From assembly GCA_963721765.1 (NCBI GenBank), contig CAVRJP010000001.1, positions 1,445,145 to 1,509,144 of the forward strand: a stretch of DNA of 64,000 nt, read 5' to 3'. Below the pieces are notes generated by a model. That model saw only the letters and a program-made list of their open reading frames with translations. It did not search any database and was not told the DNA's origin. This stretch comes from an uncultured Chloroflexia bacterium (GTDB lineage: Bacteria; Chloroflexota; Limnocylindria; Limnocylindrales; CSP1-4). Below are positions 10,915 through 21,646 of this stretch, piece by piece (position 1 is the first letter of the stretch; each line of letters begins with the position of its first letter). The translations under genes were made by a program, and so were the position numbers.

Positions 10915-11531
10915 GATCGGCGGCCCGACTCCTCGCGCGCGAGGGCATCCTTCACGGCGCGGTCATAGCTCGAGCCGTTCCCGGCCTTGCCATTCCCGCC
11001 GCTCGCTGCCATCGGGTCGACCGAGGCTCGATCGAGCACCGCAGACCGTCGCTCGGTCCCCGGTCGTTCCGCGTTTGCGGCCCAGATCGCGACGGCGAGC
11101 GCGTCGGCGGTGTCGTCGGGATGCGGCGGCGCCTCGAGCGAGAGGCACGCGGCGACCATCCGGCCCACCTGCTCCTTGTCCGCGTTCCCGTAGCCCGTGA
11201 CCGCGACCTTCACGGCGTTCGGCGTGGCCTCGCGGACCGGCACCTCGGCCTGCGCCGCCGCCAGGAGCACGACGCCGCGCGCCTGTCCCACGGCGAACGC
11301 GGTCTGGGCGTTCTTCGAGAAGAACAGTCGCTCGACCGCCAGGAGGTCGGGCTTATGGAGCGCGATGAGCTCGTCGAGGAGCGCGTGGATCACGAGGAGT
11401 CGCTGCGGGAGCGATGCGTCCGGCTTCGTGACGAGACAGCCGGCATCGATCATTCGAAGGCGGCCGCTCCGGCTCTCGACGATCCCCCAGCCCATCGCCG
11501 CCGTCCCCGGGTCGATTCCGAGGACGATCAT
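10911..11531 (-). CDS. ruvC: crossover junction endodeoxyribonuclease RuvC
   Basis: VLGIDPG, VERLFF, GQARGV, TGYGNADKEQV, DDTADALA. Confidence 0.96.
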   Translation of the reverse strand: MIVLGIDPGTAAMGWGIVESRSGRLRMIDAGCLVTKPDASLPQRLLVIHALLDELIALHKPDLLAVERLFFSKNAQTAFAVGQARGVVLLAAAQAEVPVREATPNAVKVAVTGYGNADKEQVGRMVAACLSLEAPPHPDDTADALAVAIWAANAERPGTERRSAVLDRASVDPMAASGGNGKAGNGSSYDRAVKDALAREESGRRS

Positions 11532-11544
11532 CGGGCCCGAAACT

Positions 11545-12297
11545 TCACCCAGCGACCTCGGCGAAGAGCTCCTCGGGGATGTCGAAGTTGGCCGTCACGC
11601 GCTGGACGTCGTCGAGATCCTCCAGCGACTCCACGAGCCGCAGGTTCTGGCGGGCGCGCTGCTCGTCGACCTCGACCGTGTTCCTGGCGATCATCGTGCT
11701 CTCGGCGTGCTCGACCGGCATGCCCGCCGCATCGAGCGCCTTGCGGACCTGCTCGAGCCCGCCCGGCGTGGTGTACACCTCGACCAGCTCCTGGTCGCTC
11801 GTGTCCACGTCCTCGGCGCCCGCGTCGATGGCCGCCAGCGCGACGTCGTCATGGTCCTGGCCCTTGGCCTTGACGGTGATGAGACCCCGTGGCTCGAACT
11901 GCCAGGCAACGGCGCCGGAGCCGGCGAGCTGGCCACCGGCCTTGGTGAAGATGGCCCGCACGTCGGCGGCGGTTCGGTTCTTGTTGTCCGTCGCGGTCTC
12001 GACGAGGAAAGCGACGCCGCCCGGTCCGTAGCCCTCGTAGATGATCTCTTCGAATTGCTCGCCATCGCCGCCGCCGGTCGCCTTCTCGATCGCGCGCTTG
12101 ATGTTGTCGGCGGGCATGTTGACGGAGCGCGCCTTGTCGATCGCAAGCCGCAGCCGGTAGTTCGCGTCGGGGTCGCCGCCACCCGCCCGCGCGGCGATGC
12201 CGATCTCGCGCGCGACCTTGGTGAAGATGGCCCCCCGCTTGGCGTCATTGGCGCCCTTCTGGCGCTTGATGGTCGACCATTTGGAGTGACCTGACAT
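11545..12297 (-). CDS. yebC: YebC/PmpR family regulator
   Basis: MSGHSKWSTIKRQK, YEGYGPGG, TDNKNRT, LEDLDDVQ. Confidence 0.96.
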   Translation of the reverse strand: MSGHSKWSTIKRQKGANDAKRGAIFTKVAREIGIAARAGGGDPDANYRLRLAIDKARSVNMPADNIKRAIEKATGGGDGEQFEEIIYEGYGPGGVAFLVETATDNKNRTAADVRAIFTKAGGQLAGSGAVAWQFEPRGLITVKAKGQDHDDVALAAIDAGAEDVDTSDQELVEVYTTPGGLEQVRKALDAAGMPVEHAESTMIARNTVEVDEQRARQNLRLVESLEDLDDVQRVTANFDIPEELFAEVAG

Positions 12298-12356
12298 CGC
12301 TCGGGAGTATATCGCCGCGATATTGGGGAACCCGCACCCGACCAAGGGCGATCAAG

Positions 12357-13706
12357 GTGCCGAGCGACGCCTCCGGCGGGGCTATCCTCGACGTCCAGCG
12401 CACGTTCTCGGAGCCCTCCTTGGCGACGCCGTCCGCCGCATCGCTCGCACCCGAATCGAGCGACCTGCTGCTCCCGCCCGGGACGCGGCTCCTGCACATC
12501 GGACCGCCCAAGACCGGCACGACCGCGATCCAGTCCGCATTCCACCTGGCCAGGAAGGCTGCTCGCCGGCAGGGCGTCCACTACGCCGGCTTCGGTCGCC
12601 ATTCGTCGACCGAGGTTCGGGCAGTCCTCGGGCTCCGATCGCACTGGGACGAGCGCGACAAGCCACCGAGCATCCGCCACTGGAACCGGCTGGTCCGAGA
12701 GATCCGGTCGTCCGACGCACGGTGCGTCGTTCTCAGCAGCGAGAACCTGGCCCGGGCAGAAGCGCCGGCGATCGAACGCGTCATCCGCGACATCGCGCCC
12801 GATGGAACGCCGGTGCACGTTGCGGTCACGCTGCGGCCCGTTGCGCGCCTCCTGACGTCCCGGTGGCAGCAGTCCGTCCAGAACCGCCTCGTCAAGCCCT
12901 TCGACTCGTGGCTCGTCGAGGCCCTGAGGTCCAGCGATGGGAGGCCCGCCGTCGATTTCGGCGGCCGCCCCAGGGATGATGTGATGATTCGGCGCTGGGT
13001 CGAGATCGTCGGTGCAGGCAACGTCACCGTGATCGTCCTCGACGAAGGCGATCCGGGCCTCCTGTATCGGACGTTCGAGGCGCTCGTCGGGCTTGCGCCG
13101 GGGACGCTTGCGCCCGACCCCGACCTGTCGAACCGGTCGCTCACGGTGCCCGAGATCGAGGCGATCAGGGCGTTCAACGTCCAGTCTCGAGCGGAGAGGC
13201 TCCCGAGGACGCTCTACACCAGGGTGATCCGCCGGGGCGCCGCGGCCCTGATGGAGCGCCGCCGGCCGGACCCGAGCGAGCCGCGCATCGAGCTGCCGCC
13301 ATGGTCAATCGAGCCAATCAGTGCGATGGCCCGGGAGATCGTGGCCGGGACCCGCGACGCAGGCGTGCGCGTCATCGGCGATCTCGACCGCTTGCTCGAG
13401 GTTCGGACCACGCGGACCGAGGCTCCGCAGGATGCCGTCATCCCGGCGGACGTCGCCGCGGCGCTGGCGATGGGCGTCCTCGTCGCGACCGGCGCTGCAC
13501 GGGGCGCTTCGACCGCCGAGGTCGACGACGACCCGAAACCCGGCACCCGGTCGGAGCTCGCGCGCCCGTATGCCGAGCCACCGGAGCTGCTGCGGATCTC
13601 GACGCCCCACCTGCTGCTGACGGTCGCCCGACGAGCGAGGGCAAGCCTGTTCCACCGCCTCGCGCACCCGTTCCGGCGCCGAGGCCCGGGCGGCCGACCG
13701 GAATAG
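12357..13706 (+). CDS. sulfotransferase-like P-loop protein
   Basis: LLHIGPPKTGTTAIQ PAPS-binding-like motif, VVLSSENL, TLRP..LLTSRWQQ. Confidence 0.65.
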   Translation: MPSDASGGAILDVQRTFSEPSLATPSAASLAPESSDLLLPPGTRLLHIGPPKTGTTAIQSAFHLARKAARRQGVHYAGFGRHSSTEVRAVLGLRSHWDERDKPPSIRHWNRLVREIRSSDARCVVLSSENLARAEAPAIERVIRDIAPDGTPVHVAVTLRPVARLLTSRWQQSVQNRLVKPFDSWLVEALRSSDGRPAVDFGGRPRDDVMIRRWVEIVGAGNVTVIVLDEGDPGLLYRTFEALVGLAPGTLAPDPDLSNRSLTVPEIEAIRAFNVQSRAERLPRTLYTRVIRRGAAALMERRRPDPSEPRIELPPWSIEPISAMAREIVAGTRDAGVRVIGDLDRLLEVRTTRTEAPQDAVIPADVAAALAMGVLVATGAARGASTAEVDDDPKPGTRSELARPYAEPPELLRISTPHLLLTVARRARASLFHRLAHPFRRRGPGGRPE

Positions 13707-13753
13707 AATGGGCGGACCCGTTCGACCTTGGCTACACGAGGCAGAGCCTGCTC

Positions 13754-15838
13754 ATGAACACCAAGAGCGTCGATCTCCCCCACCTTCGGAGCGTCGTGTT
13801 GGCGGGCCACGCAGGTGCCGGCAAGACGACGCTCGGCGAGCAGCTGCTGCACAAGTCCGGCGCCGTCGGGCGCGTCGGGAAGGTCGATGACGGGACTTCC
13901 CACCTGGATTTCGAGCCCGAGGAGCAGAAGCGGCGGGAGTCGCTGAGCCTGGCGGTCGCGACCTTCGAGACCGATGGGACGCGCATCACGATCGTCGACA
14001 CGCCGGGCTACCTCGACTTCATCGCCGAGGTGATCTCGGGCTTCGAGGCGGCGGACGGGGCGATCCTCGTGATGGACGCGACGGGCGGGGTCGAGGCGGG
14101 GCTCGAGCAGGCGGTGTCGTTCGGTCGGAGCACGGGCACCGCAGCGTGCTTCTTCATCAACAAGTGCGACAAGGAGAACGCCGACCCCACGGCCGCGCTC
14201 GACGCGCTGCGCGCGACGTTCGGCAACAAGATCGCGCCGCTCCAGATCGCGATCGGCTCGGCGCACGACTTCAGCGGCTATGTCGACCTCGTCCACCGCA
14301 AGGCGTACACGCTCGAGGGCGGCAAGGAGGTCGAGGCACCGATCCCCGACGGCATGGCCGACGAGGTGGCACGGCGGCGAGACCAGTTGCTCGAGGCCGC
14401 GGCCGAGGCAGACGACGACGTGCTGATGAAGTACCTCGAGGGCGAGGAGGTCGCCGACGCCGAGCTTGAGGCGTGCCTGCGCAAGGGCGTGAAAGAGTCG
14501 ATTCTCGCTCCCGTGCTGGTCGGCTCGTCGATGACCGGCGTCGGTCTCCAGGCGCTCCTCGACGCGATCGTCCGTTATCTCCCCTCCCCTGCCGACGAGG
14601 GCCCGGCGAAGGCGCTCGACAAGGCCGGCGCGACCGTGGAGGTCCCGCCGGACCCGGAAGGGCCACTCCTCGCGCGCGTGTTCAAGACGGCAGCGGACCC
14701 GTTCGTTGGTCGGCTCACGTACCTCCGAGTCCTCTCGGGAACGCTCAAGTCCCAGGGGCACGCCTGGAACGCGGCACGGGAGCACGAGGAACGCATCGGC
14801 CAGCTGCTGCTGCTCCACGGCAAGGAGCAGGAGCCGACCGGCGAGCTGAAGGCCGGCGAGATCGGCGCCATCGCGAAGCTGTCCGTCACCTCGACCGGCG
14901 ACGCGCTGTCGTCGAAGGAGAAGCCGTTCACGCTCCCGCCGCTCGCCTTCCCCGAGCCGACACTGATCATGGCGATCGAGCCGCAGACGAAGACCGACCT
15001 CGACAAGATGGGGCCCGCGCTCCAGCGGATGCTCGAGGAGGAGCCGTCGGCGCGCGTGGAGCGGAGCGAGACGGGCGAGCAGATCCTGCGGACCCTCGGC
15101 GACGCCCAGGCGGCGGTGATCATCGAGCGGCTGAAGCGCAAGTTCGGCGCCGCGATCATGACCCACACGCCGCGCGTCCCGTATCGGGAGTCGATCCGGG
15201 GCACGGCCAAGGCCCACGGTCGATACAAGAAGCAGACCGGCGGCCACGGGATGTTCGGGGATGTGTGGCTGGAGATCGAGCCGAACCCGGGTGGTGGCGT
15301 CGCGTTCGCCGAAAAGGTCGTCGGCGGCTCGGTGCCGCGCCAGTTCTTCCCGGGTGTCGAGAAGGGCGTCCGCGAGACCGCGGCCGAGGGTGTCGTCGCG
15401 GGCTACCCGCTGTCGGACTTCAAGGCGACGCTCTACGACGGCTCCTTCCACACGGTCGACTCGAACGAGCTGTCGTTCAAGATCGCGGCGTCGATGGCGC
15501 TCAAGGACGGCATCCTCCAAGCGAAGCCCGTCCTCCTCGAGCCGATCATGAACGTCGAGATCCGAGTGCCCGAGGCCTTCCTCGGCGAGGTCAACCGCGA
15601 TCTCAACGGGCGCCGGGGGCGAGTCCTCGGGATGGACAGCCAGAACGGCTTCCAGGTGATCAGCGCGAGCGTGCCCCAGTCGGAGCTGTTCACCTACGCG
15701 ACCGAGCTCAAGTCACTCACCGGCGGCCGCGGCACGTTCAGCTCCACGCTCGACCGCTATGACGAGCTGCCGTCGCACCTCACCGAGAAGGTTGTCGCGG
15801 CACACAAGAAGGATGGCCCGGACTCGTCGGGCCACTGA
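13754..15838 (+). CDS. fusA: elongation factor G paralog (EF-G II type)
   Basis: GHAGAGKTT, DTPGY, NKCD, YKKQTGGHG, DGSFHTVDS, LLEPIM; outside an str operon. Confidence 0.9.
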   Translation: MNTKSVDLPHLRSVVLAGHAGAGKTTLGEQLLHKSGAVGRVGKVDDGTSHLDFEPEEQKRRESLSLAVATFETDGTRITIVDTPGYLDFIAEVISGFEAADGAILVMDATGGVEAGLEQAVSFGRSTGTAACFFINKCDKENADPTAALDALRATFGNKIAPLQIAIGSAHDFSGYVDLVHRKAYTLEGGKEVEAPIPDGMADEVARRRDQLLEAAAEADDDVLMKYLEGEEVADAELEACLRKGVKESILAPVLVGSSMTGVGLQALLDAIVRYLPSPADEGPAKALDKAGATVEVPPDPEGPLLARVFKTAADPFVGRLTYLRVLSGTLKSQGHAWNAAREHEERIGQLLLLHGKEQEPTGELKAGEIGAIAKLSVTSTGDALSSKEKPFTLPPLAFPEPTLIMAIEPQTKTDLDKMGPALQRMLEEEPSARVERSETGEQILRTLGDAQAAVIIERLKRKFGAAIMTHTPRVPYRESIRGTAKAHGRYKKQTGGHGMFGDVWLEIEPNPGGGVAFAEKVVGGSVPRQFFPGVEKGVRETAAEGVVAGYPLSDFKATLYDGSFHTVDSNELSFKIAASMALKDGILQAKPVLLEPIMNVEIRVPEAFLGEVNRDLNGRRGRVLGMDSQNGFQVISASVPQSELFTYATELKSLTGGRGTFSSTLDRYDELPSHLTEKVVAAHKKDGPDSSGH

Positions 15839-15891
15839 GCCTCGGTCCGCACCTTCGTTGAGCCCGACTTGCGCGTGTTGAGTCCGCGTCC

Positions 15892-17047
15892 ATGAGCCCG
15901 ACGCCGGTCTCCTTCGCCTCGCCGATCAAGCCCGCGGGCTGGTCCTGGGAGGCCACGAGCGAGGAGGTCGCGAGGCGCTACGGGCTCCCGGTCGACCAGG
16001 TCGTCCGGTTCGACCAGAACACCGCTCCGACTCCACCGGGCGCCGTCCACGACCTGCTCCGCGCGGGCTCGTTCGAGGTCGAGCTGTCCGAGTACCCGCC
16101 GTCGGACTACGGCCGGCTCATCGACGCCGCCGCCGCGCGCTACGGCGTGGCGCGCGAGGAGCTGCTCGTGGGCGCGGGCGCCGACGAGATCCTGGACCTC
16201 GTCGCGAAGACGTTCATCCCGCCGGGCGGCGCCGCGATCGTGCCGGTCCCGACCTACCCGATGTACGGGATCCTCACCGAGCAGCGCGGCGCGAGCGTCA
16301 TCCGCGTCGCGCGGCGCCGGCTCGAAGACGGATTCGCGCTCGACGTCGCCGCGGTCCGTGCGGCTGCAGCGACCCCCGACGCTCGCGGCGCGTTCCCGGG
16401 CCTCATCTGGCTGTGCAATCCGAACAACCCGACCGCGACGAGTGAGCCAGCAGGCCGGATCGCCGCCCTCCTCGACGGGCTCGCTACCGATGCCGCCGCT
16501 GCGGACCGCCCGGCCCCGATCGTGCTCCTCGACGAGGCGTACATCGAGTTCGGCACGCCGACGTCGCTGCCGCTCCGCAAGCAGTACGCGGGCCTCGTGG
16601 TGACGCGGACGCTGTCAAAGGCATACGGGATCGCGGGATTGCGCGTCGGGTTCGCGATCGCCACGCCCGGAGCGGATCGACGACATCGCGACGTACCGCC
16701 CGCCGGGCTCGGTGTCGATCGTCTCGGTCGAGGTCGGCACGGCGCTCCTGCGCGACGAGCGCGTCGTGGGGGATCGCGTCGAGACCCTGGTCGCCGAGCG
16801 CCGCCGCTTCGCCGAAGGGCTCGGCGCTGCGGGTTGGACCGTCCACCCGTCCTCGACGAACTTCCTGCTCGTCAGCTTCTCGTCACCCGCGGCGGCGGAC
16901 CTCGCGGCCGAGGCGCTGCTCGCTCGCGGCCTCGTGCCCCGGACATTCCCCGCCGGTCACCCGCTCGACCACTGCCTGCGTCTGACGGTGCGCAACCGCG
17001 ACCAGGACGACCGCCTCATCGAGGCCGCGCGCGCGATCCGGATCTGA
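15892..17047 (+). CDS. hisC: histidinol-phosphate aminotransferase, frameshifted near 16670
   Basis: GAGADE, LCNPNNPT, LDEAYIEF, RTLSKAYGIAGLRVG; C-terminal TNFLLV..CLRLTV in ORF 16712..17047. Confidence 0.85.
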
Positions 17048-17054
17048 GCTCTGG

Positions 17055-17277
17055 CTGCTCGCCGGGCGAGCAGAACTGCGATCGAGTTGGCGATCTCGAG
17101 CGCTTCGTCATCGGTCTGCTCGCTGGGCGAGCACTACGACGAACGACGCGGTGAATGAGTCGGGCATGAGTCTCTCCGACGTCGATCTGCTCGCCGGGAG
17201 AGCAGGACGGCGGCTGATCGGGCATCCGGGGGCTGGTTTCGAGCCGCCGGGCGTCATAGGGCGCGCTGGGCGAGCAG
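17055..17277. repeat. mini-array of four 19-bp palindromes (CTGCTCGCCGGGCGAGCAG consensus)
   Basis: copies at 17055, 17116, 17187 and degenerate 17259; periods 61, 71, 72 bp; unique spacers. Confidence 0.8.
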
Positions 17278-17292
17278 CCAGCGAGGATCCGA

Positions 17293-18666
17293 TCAGGCGC
17301 AGCGCCGCCCGACCCGCACGCGCCGTTTCCCGAGGCGCACCACGTACCACTCGCCAAGAAGCTCCTCGGGCAGCGCGTCATCCGGCGACGCGATCCGGAC
17401 GTTATTGATCGTCACGGCGCCGCCAGTCATGGCACGGCGAGCCTCGCCGTTGGAGGTATAGCTGCCGGTCGAGACCAGGAAGCCGACGGGACCGCTACCG
17501 ACATCGGCAGCTGTGTAGTCGAAGCCGTCGGCCGTCTTGTGGAGCGTCTCCAACGACGCCGGGTCGCTGAGCTGATCGCGCGAAAACGCCGCGTTGGACG
17601 CGGTAACGGCGGCACGCGCCGCCTCGTCGCCGTGGACCCGCGCCGTGAGGTCGAAGGCGAGGGCACGCTGCGCCTCGCGCGCGCCGGGTCGATCGGCGAG
17701 GGCAGCCTCGAGCGCCAGGATCTGCTCCGGCGGGAACGTCGTGAACCAGCGCAGGTACGTCGAAACGTCGCGATCGTCGGCGTTCAGCCAGTGCTGGTAG
17801 AAGGCGTACGGCGACGTCCCGTCCGCGTGCAGCCACACGGAGTCGCCGGTCTCGGACTTGCCGAACTTGGCGCCCGACTGGTTCAGCAGCAACGGGTACG
17901 ACATGGCGTACGCGAGCGGCAAGGACCCTCCGCCACCGCCTCCGCCACCAGCACTGCCTCCGCCACCACCAGCTCCGCCGCCTCCACCAGCTGCCTCGGT
18001 CCGACGGATGAGCTCCAGGCCCGCGGTGATGTTGCCCCACTGGTCGGCGCCGCCCATCTGCAGCTCGCAGTCGAGCGTCCGGTACAGGTGCTGGAAGTCG
18101 AACGACTGGATGAGCATGTAGCTGAACTCGGTGAACGAGAGGCCGGCGTCGAGCCGCACCTGGACGGAGTCCTTGGCGAGCATGTACGGGATCGTGAAGT
18201 GCTTGCCGACGTCGCGCAGGAAGTCGAGCAGGTGGATGGGCTCGAGCCAGTCGAGGTTGTTCTCCATCCGCGCCGCGTGCGGGCCCGAGAAGTCGAGGAA
18301 GCGCTCGAGCTGCGGACGGATCGAGGCCACGTTCGCTTCGAGGCGCTCGCGCGAGAGCAGGTTGCGCTCGCTGGACTTGCCGCTCGGGTCGCCGATCATG
18401 CCCGTCCCACCACCGACCAGCGCGATCGGGCGGCCGCCGTGCTGCTGGAGACGGATCAGCCCGAAGATCGGCACGAGGTGGCCGATATGCAGCCACGGGC
18501 CGGACGGGTCGAACCCGATGTACGCCGTGATCGACCGGTTCGTGGCGAGCCTCGCTTCGAGGCCGTCCGAGGCTGCGTGGAACATGCCCCGCCAGCGCAT
18601 CTCGGGCAGGAATCCGGTGAGCCCCGCGTCGAACGTGGGCACCGTTCGATCGGGTTCGAGCGTCAC
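17293..18666 (-). CDS. tyrS: tyrosine--tRNA ligase
   Basis: YIGFDPS, LHIGH, GMIGDPSGK, QMGGADQWGNI, KFGKS, C-terminal S4-like domain; start approximate. Confidence 0.96.
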   Translation of the reverse strand: MTLEPDRTVPTFDAGLTGFLPEMRWRGMFHAASDGLEARLATNRSITAYIGFDPSGPWLHIGHLVPIFGLIRLQQHGGRPIALVGGGTGMIGDPSGKSSERNLLSRERLEANVASIRPQLERFLDFSGPHAARMENNLDWLEPIHLLDFLRDVGKHFTIPYMLAKDSVQVRLDAGLSFTEFSYMLIQSFDFQHLYRTLDCELQMGGADQWGNITAGLELIRRTEAAGGGGGAGGGGGSAGGGGGGGGSLPLAYAMSYPLLLNQSGAKFGKSETGDSVWLHADGTSPYAFYQHWLNADDRDVSTYLRWFTTFPPEQILALEAALADRPGAREAQRALAFDLTARVHGDEAARAAVTASNAAFSRDQLSDPASLETLHKTADGFDYTAADVGSGPVGFLVSTGSYTSNGEARRAMTGGAVTINNVRIASPDDALPEELLGEWYVVRLGKRRVRVGRRCA

Positions 18667-18748
18667 AGGAGGGTCCCGAGGGCCGTCGTGAACGCGACCC
18701 GATGGGGGGAAAGGGCCCTCACGGACCCTATGGTATCGTCGCCGCCGC

Positions 18749-21628
18749 ATGCAGACAGCGCTCCAGAGGCGCCAGCGGCACCGCCGCAATGGTGCCGCGA
18801 GGCGCGGACGCGGAGGTGGCTCCGCCCGCCGCATCGCCCTTGCCATCCCCCTTCTCCTGTTCTCCAGCTTCCTCACGCTCGGCGGCGTGGGGTTCATCGG
18901 CACGGTCAGCGCGTACGCGTACTACAGCAACGGCCTGCCCGATCCCCAGGACGCCCTGAGCGAGATCGACTTCGAGCAGCCGTCGATCATTCGTGACCGA
19001 ACCGGCACGATCGAGCTGGCCCGATTCGGCGTGCTCCGTCGAGAGCTCGCGAACTACGCGGAGATCCCGCCGGAGCTGATCGACGCGACGACGGCGGTCG
19101 AGGACAAGGACTACTGGACGAACCCCGGCTTCGACATCAGCGCGATCGTGTCCGCCGGGCTGGACACCCTGCAAGGCCGCCCGCGCGGCGCCTCGACGAT
19201 CACCCAGCAGCTCGTCCGCGCCCGCCTCCTGGAGCCGCAGCACTTCGAGGGCTCGCTCTACGACCGAAAGATCCGGGAGATCATCCAGTCGATCCGGCTG
19301 ACCCAGGCGTATCCCGGCCAGGCCGGCAAAGAGACGATCATGCAGTACTACCTCAACCAGAACTTCTACGGCAACCAGAGCTACGGCGTGAAGGCCGCCT
19401 CGATCGGCTACTGGGGTAAGGAGCTCGAGGACCTCACGCTCGCCCAGTACGCGGTCCTCGCGGCCATCCCCAAGTCGCCGAGCGAGTACGACCTCGTTCG
19501 CAATGCCGACCGCGACTGCGCCGTCGTGGTCGCTGAGGAGGAGCCCTGCCCCGACGACCAGGTGACGCTCACGGTCCCGGCGGACTCGGCGATCGTCGTC
19601 CGTCGCAACAAGGTCCTCGAGGACATGAAGACGCGGAGCGTCCTCACCGCCGGCGACTACACGATCGCCCAGTACGACGAGGCGATGAAGGAGCCGCTGA
19701 TCCTCACGCCGGTCGAGGCGCCGCCGTGGAAGGCTCCCCACTTCGTGTGGCAGGTCCGCAAGCAGCTCGGCACGCTCCTGTGCGGGGCGGAGAACGCGGA
19801 GACTTGCGAGGCGGTCGACACCGGCGGTTACCAGGTCACGACGACGGTCGACATGGAGAAGCAGGCAATCGTCGAGAAGTGGCTATACGCGGCGGCCCGC
19901 GCGCCGCTGGCGAAGGGCGTGGACGGGACGCGCAACGTCCTCGAGCGCCTCGGCATCCCGAAGCGCGACTGGTCGTGGGTCCTCAACCTGCGCGGCAAGA
20001 ACATCCACAACGCGGCAGGGGCCGTGATGGACTACCGCACAGGCGAGGTGCTTGCCGTCGGCGGCAGCGCCGACTACTACCTGCAGGTCAAGGACAAGTC
20101 CTTCTCGCCGCAGTACGACGTCATGTTCGACGCCTTCCGCCAGCCCGGATCGTCGATCAAGCCGCTCTCGTACATCACCGGCCTTGACGACCGGACGATG
20201 ACCGCGGCGACGATGTTCATGGACGTCGTCACCGAGTTCCAGAAGAACTGGACGCCGGCCGACGCCGACCGCCTCGAGCGCGGACCCGTGCGCATGCGCC
20301 CGGCGCTCCAGTTCTCGTTGAACATCCCGGCGATCAAGTCGCTGTACATCAACGGCATCGACCACCTGTTCGCGAGATTCAAGGAGTTCGGCCTTCGGGT
20401 GGACGAAGGAGTCCTCGTGTCGCCGGCCATGGCCATCGGCACGATGGAGATCCACATGATCGACCTGCTCGGCGCCTACGGCGCGATCGCCAACGGCGGC
20501 GTGCTGATGCCCCAGCAGGTCATCCTCGAGGTCAAGGACCACACCGGCAAGGTCGTATACCCGACCCCGGAGACCGCGCCCGTCGGCAAGCGGGTGGCGA
20601 GCCCGCAAGCCTCGTACATCATCACCGACATCCTCGAGGGCAACACGATCAAGAGCGTCAACGCCTACTGGGCGACGTGGGCGCCCCAGGAGGATGGGAA
20701 GCGCCGGCCTGCTGCGTACAAGACGGGCACGACCGACGAGAACAAGGACATCGATGCATTCGGCTACGTCGCGCCACCGAACGATCCGGATGCCCCTGCC
20801 CTCGCCGTCGGCGTGTGGCTGGGCAACTCGGATGCGAAACCGATCAACCCGGTGACGTCGGTCGCGAGCTCCGCGCCGCTGTGGTCGCACATCATGAGCG
20901 AGGTCACCGAGGGCACCCCGATCGCCAAGTTCAAGCAGCCCGATGGGCTCGTCGAGGTCGAGGTCGACGCGTTCAGCGGCATGAAGCCGGGACCGGGCAC
21001 CGTGCGGACGGTGAAGGAGCTGTTCATCAAGGGCACCGAGGAGTCACTCCGGCGCGACGACATGCATGTCGAGCGCCAGATCGACGGGGCCACGGGCCTC
21101 CTGTGGGCAGAAGGCTGCACCGGGCCGGTCCAGAACAAGTACTTCCTCGATTTCAGCAACGTCGAGTCGCGGTTCCCGCAATGGCAGCGCTACACGCAGG
21201 GCTGGGCGCAGCGCGCGGCGCGGGGGCCCGGAGTGCGAGGTGGCCCCGATCGGACGCCCACGGCGTACTTCTTCGACGGCTTCCTGGTGCCCTTCGGGCG
21301 GACATGGGGCGGCCAGTTCGCGCCGAAGGAGGTCTGCACCTTCCAGCCGCCACCGTGCCCCGACCCGGGCGCCGAGCCCACGCCCGTGCCGTCGGTCATC
21401 CTGCCGTGCATCACCCCGGAGCCGACGGTGCCCGCCCCGACCGCGACACCAGAGTTCCCGATCCCGACGATCCAGGTGCAGCCCGCCGATCCGATCGCCG
21501 GCGGAGTCCCGCCGTTAGCGCTGTTCCCGTTGCTCATTCCGCTCGGGACGATGCTCGCGAGCCGGCTGCTGAAGCCGGATCGGGCGATGCGAACCGGCAG
21601 GATCTTCCGCTCGAAGCGGGGTCGCTGA
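18749..21628 (+). CDS. class A penicillin-binding protein (transglycosylase/transpeptidase)
   Basis: N-terminal TM; EDKDY, GASTITQQL, RKIRE, YLNQNFYG; QPGSSIK (SxxK), SLN, KTGT. Confidence 0.93.
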   Translation: MQTALQRRQRHRRNGAARRGRGGGSARRIALAIPLLLFSSFLTLGGVGFIGTVSAYAYYSNGLPDPQDALSEIDFEQPSIIRDRTGTIELARFGVLRRELANYAEIPPELIDATTAVEDKDYWTNPGFDISAIVSAGLDTLQGRPRGASTITQQLVRARLLEPQHFEGSLYDRKIREIIQSIRLTQAYPGQAGKETIMQYYLNQNFYGNQSYGVKAASIGYWGKELEDLTLAQYAVLAAIPKSPSEYDLVRNADRDCAVVVAEEEPCPDDQVTLTVPADSAIVVRRNKVLEDMKTRSVLTAGDYTIAQYDEAMKEPLILTPVEAPPWKAPHFVWQVRKQLGTLLCGAENAETCEAVDTGGYQVTTTVDMEKQAIVEKWLYAAARAPLAKGVDGTRNVLERLGIPKRDWSWVLNLRGKNIHNAAGAVMDYRTGEVLAVGGSADYYLQVKDKSFSPQYDVMFDAFRQPGSSIKPLSYITGLDDRTMTAATMFMDVVTEFQKNWTPADADRLERGPVRMRPALQFSLNIPAIKSLYINGIDHLFARFKEFGLRVDEGVLVSPAMAIGTMEIHMIDLLGAYGAIANGGVLMPQQVILEVKDHTGKVVYPTPETAPVGKRVASPQASYIITDILEGNTIKSVNAYWATWAPQEDGKRRPAAYKTGTTDENKDIDAFGYVAPPNDPDAPALAVGVWLGNSDAKPINPVTSVASSAPLWSHIMSEVTEGTPIAKFKQPDGLVEVEVDAFSGMKPGPGTVRTVKELFIKGTEESLRRDDMHVERQIDGATGLLWAEGCTGPVQNKYFLDFSNVESRFPQWQRYTQGWAQRAARGPGVRGGPDRTPTAYFFDGFLVPFGRTWGGQFAPKEVCTFQPPPCPDPGAEPTPVPSVILPCITPEPTVPAPTATPEFPIPTIQVQPADPIAGGVPPLALFPLLIPLGTMLASRLLKPDRAMRTGRIFRSKRGR

Positions 21629-21646
21629 GGGGGCCTCGGTACTCCC

